From a virus, in UHGV virus genome UHGV-0028991: a DNA stretch of 64,000 nucleotides, one strand, 5' to 3'. This document shows, one piece after another, positions 56,696 through 64,000 of this stretch. The notes beneath the pieces were generated by a model. That model worked only from the letters and a program-made list of their open reading frames with translations, did not search any database and was not told the DNA's origin. Both the position numbers and the translations under genes were made by a program. How positions within the stretch are numbered: the stretch's first letter is position 1; each line of letters begins with the position of its first letter.

Positions 56696-59686
56696 AGCCG
56701 TTTAGAGAGTAGCGTCTCTAAGCAAATAAATTATGTATTAACTGGCATTACCGAGATTACTCGTTCAGCGGCATCCGCATCTCGTGCATTAGTCACAATC
56801 CAAAGCAGATTTAATCAGATTGTAGATGAATCTTCAAGCACTGGTCAGAATCTGTTAAAATGGTACACAAAGCACGGAATTGCAGTTAAGGATGATGCTG
56901 GGCAGTTAAGGTCGCTGTATGATGTTATGTCCGACCTTGCGCCTAAGTGGAACTCACTTACCAAGAATGAGCAATCTTATTTCATGCAACAGGCGGCGGG
57001 TGCCCGGCAATCTCAAAATCTCGCCGCATTGCTTTCTAACTTTAAGGGCGTTCAAGAAGCAACTGCCCTTGCATATGATTCTTCAGGTTCGGCAGCAGCA
57101 GAAAATGCAAAAGTCCTTGAATCTCTTGATGCAAAAACAACCGCATTAAAAGCAACATGGCAAGATTTTGCAAACAAAACCATTGACAGCGAATTAGTTA
57201 AGTCTTTGCTTAACTTGGCTAATGGCGCGTTAAAAGTATTGAACACCGAAGCAGGCAGAACTTTAACACAATTTGTTTTGCTGAGCGGCGTTTTCACTGG
57301 GCTCGGCGGAATTATTGCGCAGGTCATTCCGGTCGCAATAAAATCGATAAAAGCATTTACATCTGTTTTGGCTGGCGCGACAACTGGCGTAAAAGCATTG
57401 CAGGCGTCTGTGCCTGTCATTGGCATTGCAATGGCGGCGCTAACGGTTATGATAGGGCTTGTTAAAGATGCTTATGATGCGCAGTATGGCACAATCAACA
57501 AGATAAACAAGTCCATAGAAACAATTAACGCCACCTATACCGATGCCACAAATGTTGCTAAGGCAAATGCCGAACAGGCAAAATATTTGGTTGGGGTAAT
57601 TTCAGACCTTAACAAGGTTGAGAATATGTCTACGAGTGAGGCGTATAAGTACAAAAGCGCTGTAGACCAACTTAATAAAATTTACCCCGACTTGAATCTC
57701 AGCATTGGCGAACACACTGGCAAAATCCAAGAAGATACTGGTGCAATTTATAAACGCATCGAAGCGATGAAGCAAGAGGCGCTTCAAGCGGCGTTGCAAG
57801 AAAAGCAAGCGGCTTATTATGGGCAAATAATAGAGTCAAAAGCATCTCGCGAATCTGCAGGCGATGAACTACGCGCTGAGATACAAGAGCTCCAAGAAAA
57901 GCTAAAACAACTCAGAGACGCGTTCGGATTCGATATAACGGGACTCGGAGAAAACCTTGATGTCGATGTCTCTTTAATGGATACGGATAGTCTGATTCGC
58001 TTTTACGAGAATTTCCTTCGATATGGAACATTCCCGAGCTATATGTCAAAAGAGATTAGCGCTACCATTGAAGAAATAAGGCAGTATGACGAGGCGATTG
58101 AAAACGCGGAAGGAAAATTAGAAGGAGCTAATGATGCGGCTCAATCGCTCGGGGAAACTGTTGTAAACCTTAACACCCAAGCAGGCAAAAATGCAGGAGC
58201 AACAAAAACTCAGCGAGATAATGTTGACAATCTCGTAAAAGCACAAAATGCATTAAACAAGGCAATTCAGGACTACAATGCTTATGGCGGTTTGCAATCT
58301 GAAACGCAAGAAGCATTAGACGAAGCGTTGCCTGGTCTAAACGAACTGCTTTATGACGAAACAGGCGCGTTGACGTCTGCTGGTAAAGCCGCGTTGCGCG
58401 GAAGCAAGGAATTGGCGCAATTCGTTCTGTTGCAAAAACAAGAGGAATTACAGGCTCAGAAAACGGCATTGTCGCACGCCGAAGCCGCAAAAGCAGAGGC
58501 GCTAAGATTCAGGACAAGGCAGAGTTTAATGGGGCAAACACAGCTTTTGTCAATAGCTGAAGAAGCCGAAGCTGAAGCAGCCCGACAGGATGCATTAGCA
58601 ACCGCTGCAGAACAGAACATAAAAAATATCGAAGATGAGATTGCGTGGCTGGAACAACTGCTCGCAACATACAGCTCTGGTTCGAGTGCCGCATCTTCCG
58701 CCGCCGACGCTTACAAAAAAGCATTTACAGACTGGCTTGCATATAAAGACCATCAACTTGCAATGGACGAAATCACAGAAGAGCAGTATTATGCTGAGCT
58801 TACTGAAATGGTCGATAAATTCTTTAAGGGCAGAGCTGAATATCAAGAAGAATATTGGCAATACTCTGAAAAGATTTATGCGTATGAAAAGAAGCGCATG
58901 CAAGAGCTGGTCGAAGAATCGACTAAGGCGGTCGAGGACGCAGTTGATAAAATCAACGAAAAGTACGATTCTGAGTTGTCGCGGCTTGAAGAAGTCAACG
59001 ATGCCCTGTCCGACCAAATTGAATACGAGAAACTGCTCGATGAAATGGCTAAGGCAAGGGAGCAGAAAAAGCTTGTATACAAAGACGGTCGATTCCAGTA
59101 TGTGCAAGATGTGGATGCAATATCTGCCGCGCAGGCTAAGCTTGATGAATATAATCGCAACAAGGGCTTAGAAGCAAGTAAAGCTGATATTGAAGCCCGC
59201 AGAAAAGCAGAGGTCAGACAGACCATTCTCGACAAGATGCAGGCTAATAGCGCAGCATGGGCAACATCAAGTAGTCCCGCTGAGCGTGAGGCATTGCATA
59301 ATGCAAATGTTGAGCTGGCGAAACTGCTTGAAGATAATTCGACCTATGATGCCGCAACGGGCAAATGGTCAAGCTATGCGGGCGGCACACTTGGTGCGGC
59401 TGGCGGAATGAGCCTTGTCGGAGAGAATGGTCCCGAAATGCGTATTCTTAATCGCGGCGACGGCATACTCACAAGTGGCGTTACTAAGAATTTGTTCGCA
59501 TGGGGCAGCACGTCTCCGAGCGATTTTGTATCTGCACTCAAGGGCTTAATGGGCTTTAAGCTTGGCAATTCCAGCAACACTACTGTGAATGTCAGCAACC
59601 TTGAATTGCCCAATGTAACAAATGCAAGAGAGTTTGTAACCGGGCTGAAAAATCTTGCACTTCAATATGCTTACGAGAGGGGATAA
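56696..59686 (+). CDS. tail tape measure protein, main coding segment 4
   Basis: The frame is open from 56696 (...LTGITEITRSAASASRALVTIQSRFNQIV...DDAGQLRSLYDVMSDLAPKW) with no in-frame start before M at 56927. Long coiled-coil body; C-terminal GGTLGAAGG. Confidence 0.55.
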   Translation, partial: SRLESSVSKQINYVLTGITEITRSAASASRALVTIQSRFNQIVDESSSTGQNLLKWYTKHGIAVKDDAGQLRSLYDVMSDLAPKWNSLTKNEQSYFMQQAAGARQSQNLAALLSNFKGVQEATALAYDSSGSAAAENAKVLESLDAKTTALKATWQDFANKTIDSELVKSLLNLANGALKVLNTEAGRTLTQFVLLSGVFTGLGGIIAQVIPVAIKSIKAFTSVLAGATTGVKALQASVPVIGIAMAALTVMIGLVKDAYDAQYGTINKINKSIETINATYTDATNVAKANAEQAKYLVGVISDLNKVENMSTSEAYKYKSAVDQLNKIYPDLNLSIGEHTGKIQEDTGAIYKRIEAMKQEALQAALQEKQAAYYGQIIESKASRESAGDELRAEIQELQEKLKQLRDAFGFDITGLGENLDVDVSLMDTDSLIRFYENFLRYGTFPSYMSKEISATIEEIRQYDEAIENAEGKLEGANDAAQSLGETVVNLNTQAGKNAGATKTQRDNVDNLVKAQNALNKAIQDYNAYGGLQSETQEALDEALPGLNELLYDETGALTSAGKAALRGSKELAQFVLLQKQEELQAQKTALSHAEAAKAEALRFRTRQSLMGQTQLLSIAEEAEAEAARQDALATAAEQNIKNIEDEIAWLEQLLATYSSGSSAASSAADAYKKAFTDWLAYKDHQLAMDEITEEQYYAELTEMVDKFFKGRAEYQEEYWQYSEKIYAYEKKRMQELVEESTKAVEDAVDKINEKYDSELSRLEEVNDALSDQIEYEKLLDEMAKAREQKKLVYKDGRFQYVQDVDAISAAQAKLDEYNRNKGLEASKADIEARRKAEVRQTILDKMQANSAAWATSSSPAEREALHNANVELAKLLEDNSTYDAATGKWSSYAGGTLGAAGGMSLVGENGPEMRILNRGDGILTSGVTKNLFAWGSTSPSDFVSALKGLMGFKLGNSSNTTVNVSNLELPNVTNAREFVTGLKNLALQYAYERG

Positions 59687-59935
59687 TTGGGTATAATGGA
59701 CGAGCATAAAGAATTATTCGATGCAATTACAATTCTGATTGACAAGAAAATGCAGAAATGCACACAAGTATTCAATGGAATTGTGACCCTCTCTTTAAAT
59801 ACAAATGTCACTGTCAATGGCAAGGCATATAAATTGCCCGTGTATGGCGGGAACGTATCTGCCCTTGTCGATAGCACCGTTGTTAAAGTAATCGTCCCAC
59901 AGGGCGATTTTTCGCAAGCATTCATACTTATTTAA
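59687..59935 (+). CDS. hypothetical protein
   Basis: 82 aa ORF immediately after the tape measure gene. Confidence 0.35.
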   Translation: MGIMDEHKELFDAITILIDKKMQKCTQVFNGIVTLSLNTNVTVNGKAYKLPVYGGNVSALVDSTVVKVIVPQGDFSQAFILI

Positions 59936-59956
59936 GAATAAACGGAGGTAATAGTT

Positions 59957-60838
59957 ATGGCAAACATGAACGCAATTGATGTTTCGTTGTATCAGACTAT
60001 TTATGACGCGAACGCACTGAAGCAGGACGGCATTAAGCTGTGCATGATTAAGGCTTCGCAGGGCAGATATTTGAACGGCTATGGTAGCTTCTTCAAAGAC
60101 AGAAAAATGGACGAGCACGCACAGAAATGCATTAACGCCCATTTGCCAATTGGCTTCTATCATTTTCTTTGCGCATTTAATGTACAGGAAGCCAAGCAGG
60201 AAGCCAAGAAGTTTTTGAAAGCAATTAAGCCGTATGCGCAGTATGTGTCTTATGTGGCTCTCGACTGCGAGAATTATAACAACACGGCGTTGTTGTGTCA
60301 GAATAGAACGCAGTTGACCGAGTCTTGTAACGCATTTATGAAAATTTGCGAAGACGAGGGCTATCTGCCCATGCTGTATACAAACCCCGACCATCTGAGA
60401 AACAAGCTTTATGCCGAGCGCATTAAGTACCCGCTGTGGGTAGCACTGTACGGTGAGGCTAAGCCGCAGTATGACGCAATGATTATGTGGCAGAAGGGTC
60501 CTGTTAGTCCGAACGGTGTGACGGCTAATACTGACGGAAACATCTGCTATATTGCGGATGCCGCACTCGCTGTTGTAGAACTTGCAGAAAAGGGATTTAT
60601 TGCATCTCCGACATATTGGATTAACCAACTTGATAATGTTAAGTGGTTGCCTGAATTGTTTGTTCAGGTAAACGGCGTGTTTAATTATCGCATTGGTCGT
60701 TCTAAGACGGTCGATGAAGCATGCAACTATATGAAAGAGCAGGGCGCAATGAACAGCCCTGAATACTGGATTGCACAGTCCAAAAAGGTCAAGCACCTTG
60801 CCGATTTGCTGAAGAACTTTGGTGGCGGCAGAAAATAA
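59957..60838 (+). CDS. GH25-family muramidase (endolysin) with C-terminal repeated cell-wall-binding motifs
   Basis: 293 aa. IDVSLYQTIYDANALKQDGIKLCMIKASQG...GFYHF is a GH25 signature. The C-terminal repeats are YWINQLDNVKWLPELF and EYWIAQSKKVKHLADLL. Confidence 0.6.
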   Translation: MANMNAIDVSLYQTIYDANALKQDGIKLCMIKASQGRYLNGYGSFFKDRKMDEHAQKCINAHLPIGFYHFLCAFNVQEAKQEAKKFLKAIKPYAQYVSYVALDCENYNNTALLCQNRTQLTESCNAFMKICEDEGYLPMLYTNPDHLRNKLYAERIKYPLWVALYGEAKPQYDAMIMWQKGPVSPNGVTANTDGNICYIADAALAVVELAEKGFIASPTYWINQLDNVKWLPELFVQVNGVFNYRIGRSKTVDEACNYMKEQGAMNSPEYWIAQSKKVKHLADLLKNFGGGRK

Positions 60839-60856
60839 TATATATAATGTCCAACG

Positions 60857-60885
60857 AGGGCGGGCATAGTCTCGCCCTTTGTTCG
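60857..60885 (+). terminator. rho-independent terminator
   Basis: Stem AGGGCG/CGCCCT with a 10 nt loop, followed by TTGTT. Confidence 0.45.
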
Positions 60886-60907
60886 GGCTTATGAAAGGAG
60901 CAATTAA

Positions 60908-61819
60908 ATGATTTCTTTTTTGGGGTATAATTTTTGCTCCGATGGGAATAGCATAGACCCTATTCCGACAGATGTAAATAATGTTATAAAGACGCAAATT
61001 CAAGCAGGCACATTTTCGCATCTGCATGTGTCTAAGAACATAGACAAAGAGCCAATATTTGATATTCCGCTCGAATGGGATGTTGATACAATCATGGACT
61101 GTGATTTCGATAATAATATTTCGGCGGGCAGCGTTACTAGGATTATTTCTGATATTGACAAGATGATTATTCGTCGCGCCCCTGTCGGAACATATGATTG
61201 GATTACAATTAAAGTCATTGATATTAAGAACGACCCGTCCTCACTTGGCGGGGCATTCATTGATGCATTGACCGCAAATGGCATTGAGTATGAGTACCAA
61301 TTCATTCCTGTGTCGGGAAGTACAGAAGGAACGCCAATTACAGAGACAATTCTTTCTAATTTCAAAGGTGTATTTTTGTGTGATTCCAATACTGCCTTTC
61401 GCATGTATTACGGCGTATCTTTTGGTGAAACAACCACAAATCAGCAGATAGGCACATTTACACCTTATGGCAGAAGATACCCTGTGGTTGTGTCTAATGC
61501 ATTGACCAATTATCAGACGGGCTCAGTATCTACAAGAGTTGTGCCCGCCGATTTTGAAGAGACCAGATATATGGACGGTCGTAAGGTGGCACAGGCAGAA
61601 AAAGTGCTACAGGCATTCTTAACCAACAAGAAGCCGAAAGTGCTAAAAGATGATAATGGCAGAGAATGGCTGTGCATTATCACGACCCCGCCGACAATTT
61701 CATACGACAACAACTATGGCAGAGGGGCAATTACGGTTGATGCAGGATGGACTGAAATTGGCGATGCTAATTCAGAGGACGACTTGCAGGGTGCGGGGCT
61801 GATTGCAAAGGAGGGTTGA
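60908..61819 (+). CDS. putative distal tail protein
   Basis: 303 aa. Position after the tape measure and lysin genes. Confidence 0.35.
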   Translation: MISFLGYNFCSDGNSIDPIPTDVNNVIKTQIQAGTFSHLHVSKNIDKEPIFDIPLEWDVDTIMDCDFDNNISAGSVTRIISDIDKMIIRRAPVGTYDWITIKVIDIKNDPSSLGGAFIDALTANGIEYEYQFIPVSGSTEGTPITETILSNFKGVFLCDSNTAFRMYYGVSFGETTTNQQIGTFTPYGRRYPVVVSNALTNYQTGSVSTRVVPADFEETRYMDGRKVAQAEKVLQAFLTNKKPKVLKDDNGREWLCIITTPPTISYDNNYGRGAITVDAGWTEIGDANSEDDLQGAGLIAKEG

Positions 61820-61822
61820 TAT

Positions 61823-63286
61823 ATGGCGATTGATATTAAGAGCGAAGATTATGATATCTTAAAGCAACCATATATCAACAAATACCTGAGAGTTGACCTG
61901 CTTGATTTTGATTACAATGTTATCAGAGATATTACAGGGCATTTGACCAAATGTTCTGTTTCGGTCGATGCTGATAGTGATTTAAGGCGCAACTGTGATG
62001 TGTCTATGGTTATAACCGACGATACGGTAGATATTTCGCCTGAGGGCGGCATTTGGCTTAATAGGTATATACAACCATATGTTGGCTACGAAAACGCATA
62101 CACGGGCAAAATACAGTGGTATAATCAAGGCATATACTTAATCAACGAGCCGACATGGCAGTATGATGCATCGACAAACGAATTATCGTTTAAGGGCGTT
62201 GACCTTATGGCAAAAATGACGGGGATTAGAAACGGCAATCTTGAGGGTGTTCCTACAGTTGTGCCGCAAGGCTTTGATGTTCGTGGGGCAATCATACAAT
62301 TGCTTGAAATGAGCGGCTTTACAAGCTATATTGTAGATGAATGTGTAAATGACCTCGGTGGCGTACAAGAAGTGCCGTATGATATACAGGTCGAACAGGG
62401 CGGAACAGTATACGACATGCTTTCAAAGTTGCGGGATATTGTTCCTAATTATCAAATGTATTTTGATGTAAACGGAACGTTCCATTACAACAGAATTCCA
62501 AGTGGAGCAAATGAAGCAATCTCCGTTACTGATGATTTGTGGGACGATATATTGATTTCCGAATCAAACGATGTTTCGTTTGAAGAGGTCAAGAATACAA
62601 TTGAGGTGTATGGCAAGACGCATTCGACCGATAACTATCCGACTGAAATAACCGCAACAGAATCAGAGGGGACTATCGCTCTAACGATACCATCATTGTC
62701 TGATTCTACATTGCCCGAATATACATTGATTGCATTTAATCTTGAGTCCGCATTTGAGCCGCCCAATGTTTGGGGTGGTATTAGGGTTAGCGTCACTAAC
62801 TCTAAAGACCCAAGAGAGTTCTATATAGTCAATGGCGCGGACGAGAATATTTTGCGACTTGAAGCGGGCTATCATGTGATGCATATTCATAAATTTGCGG
62901 GCAACTGGTATTGGCTGTATTTAGGCGGACTTCAGGCTCATGCCGTAGTGCGGGAAACCAACAGACAAAGTCCGTTTAATATATATGACAATGGTATTAT
63001 TCGAGTTGTGTTGTCGGGTGGCGATTATGACAATATTACTTCGGACGAATTGGCAAAAGAGCGGGCGCAACTTGAACTATACTGGAAATGTAGACTTAAA
63101 GATTCGGTCGCATTATCTGTAATCCCTATTCCTTGGCTTGATGTGAATATTCTTGTTTCTCACGCATTAAGAGATGAAACAGAAGAAAAGCAATGGATGA
63201 TTAAATCGTTTTCGGTCGATTATGGCGAGATTTCAGAGATGAAAATTGAAATGATTGCATATTATCCGTATTATGAGGAGGTGTAA
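61823..63286 (+). CDS. putative tail-associated / baseplate protein
   Basis: 487 aa. Gene order: follows the putative distal tail gene. Confidence 0.35.
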   Translation: MAIDIKSEDYDILKQPYINKYLRVDLLDFDYNVIRDITGHLTKCSVSVDADSDLRRNCDVSMVITDDTVDISPEGGIWLNRYIQPYVGYENAYTGKIQWYNQGIYLINEPTWQYDASTNELSFKGVDLMAKMTGIRNGNLEGVPTVVPQGFDVRGAIIQLLEMSGFTSYIVDECVNDLGGVQEVPYDIQVEQGGTVYDMLSKLRDIVPNYQMYFDVNGTFHYNRIPSGANEAISVTDDLWDDILISESNDVSFEEVKNTIEVYGKTHSTDNYPTEITATESEGTIALTIPSLSDSTLPEYTLIAFNLESAFEPPNVWGGIRVSVTNSKDPREFYIVNGADENILRLEAGYHVMHIHKFAGNWYWLYLGGLQAHAVVRETNRQSPFNIYDNGIIRVVLSGGDYDNITSDELAKERAQLELYWKCRLKDSVALSVIPIPWLDVNILVSHALRDETEEKQWMIKSFSVDYGEISEMKIEMIAYYPYYEEV

Positions 63287-63289
63287 TAT

Positions 63290-63610
63290 ATGGCTACAAA
63301 ATTTCCTAACGACATTGATACATTCCCGACAATGCAAGACATTACGGCGGCGGACGCAAGCAAGCTAAGCCAATTTCAAGCGCTTATGCAGACGGGCAAT
63401 TTTGCAGAAGCAAGAAACATTCTCCTGCAAATTACGGACTATGACAAAAAGATTGTTACGGCAAGTTTGTTGAATGATATGCTTGATGCGCTTACCGCGC
63501 TTGAAAAATATTATGCAGACAGATGGTCGCCCGCAATTATTTGTTCTGAAACAAAGCCTCTTGGGCAAGAAGATGGTGATTATTGGTTCCAGATTGTAGG
63601 TGAGGCTTGA
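63290..63610 (+). CDS. hypothetical tail protein
   Basis: 106 aa ORF. Confidence 0.35.
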   Translation: MATKFPNDIDTFPTMQDITAADASKLSQFQALMQTGNFAEARNILLQITDYDKKIVTASLLNDMLDALTALEKYYADRWSPAIICSETKPLGQEDGDYWFQIVGEA

Positions 63611-64000
63611 TGGTAAAATATCAAGACATAAGTTTCACGAATAAACAGGCGCGAGACAAATTTAAGAACAAGTGGATTGCCGCCGATTATGCTACGGCAA
63701 TTGCTATGCTGTCTGATACTGCATTAGATGACAAGGTTGTTAATGCAAGTGTATTTAATGACCTTGCCACAAAGATAGTTGAAGCCGAAGAGCGAGAGGA
63801 CATTAACTTTCCAGAGTATAGACTTGATGAGCCGTCGTTTCAAGTACCGACATCCGGGAAAAAAGGTAGCTTGCAATTTGTTTATACCAATTGGCAGAGC
63901 GGCGATTTTCAGTCTGTGCAGCTATATGAGTATGATGGCACACAATGGAACCCGTGCTACTTCAAGATTTCGCCCAAAGTTCAAGCAAAGATTGATGCAC
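63610..64000 (+). CDS. hypothetical tail protein (5' partial; continues beyond window)
   Basis: ATG overlaps the previous TGA. Open frame MVKYQDISFTNKQARDKF... runs to the window edge. Confidence 0.4.
   Translation, partial: MVKYQDISFTNKQARDKFKNKWIAADYATAIAMLSDTALDDKVVNASVFNDLATKIVEAEEREDINFPEYRLDEPSFQVPTSGKKGSLQFVYTNWQSGDFQSVQLYEYDGTQWNPCYFKISPKVQAKIDA

Overview
This window reads as a tailed-phage or prophage genome segment with low GC (about 40%), strong AGGAGG-type ribosome-binding sites and a sigma70-like promoter style, which fits a Firmicutes-type host. It has two divergently transcribed arms.

Left arm, 1 to about 28.9 kb, all on the minus strand, is a DNA-metabolism and replication module:
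- Dam-family adenine methyltransferase split by a (CT)14 tract
- DnaB-like helicase
- second N6-adenine methyltransferase
- AAA_24-type ATPase with a DUF669-like neighbour
- three HNH homing-type endonucleases
- PolIII-alpha (DnaE-like) polymerase
- PP-loop ATPase of the PAPS-reductase/DndC type, carrying a G10 tract at its 5' end, next to a cysteine desulfurase
- tyrosine integrase and HU
- two tRNA-like genes
- RecJ/DHH exonuclease
- a lipoprotein
- many small Cys-rich ORFs

A roughly 1.5 kb AT-rich non-coding switch region (28.9 to 30.4 kb) separates the arms and contains iteron-like repeats and a five-run G-quadruplex motif.

Right arm, 30.4 to 64 kb, on the plus strand:
- promoter-driven gene of unknown function
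- antisense DUF3310 gene and DUF4041/T5orf172 gene
- 855 aa protein with a DxDGD motif
- metallophosphoesterase
- terminase large subunit split by a GIY-YIG endonuclease gene
- portal, scaffold/protease, capsid, Ig-domain tail proteins and a RuvC resolvase
- tape measure gene broken into at least four coding segments by non-coding inserts, one carrying a consensus promoter plus a small membrane protein
- GH25 endolysin and distal tail genes

The most unusual signals are the two simple-sequence contingency tracts in DNA-modification genes, the sulfur-transfer gene pair, the fragmented tape measure gene, the split terminase, and the possible non-canonical RNA polymerase.
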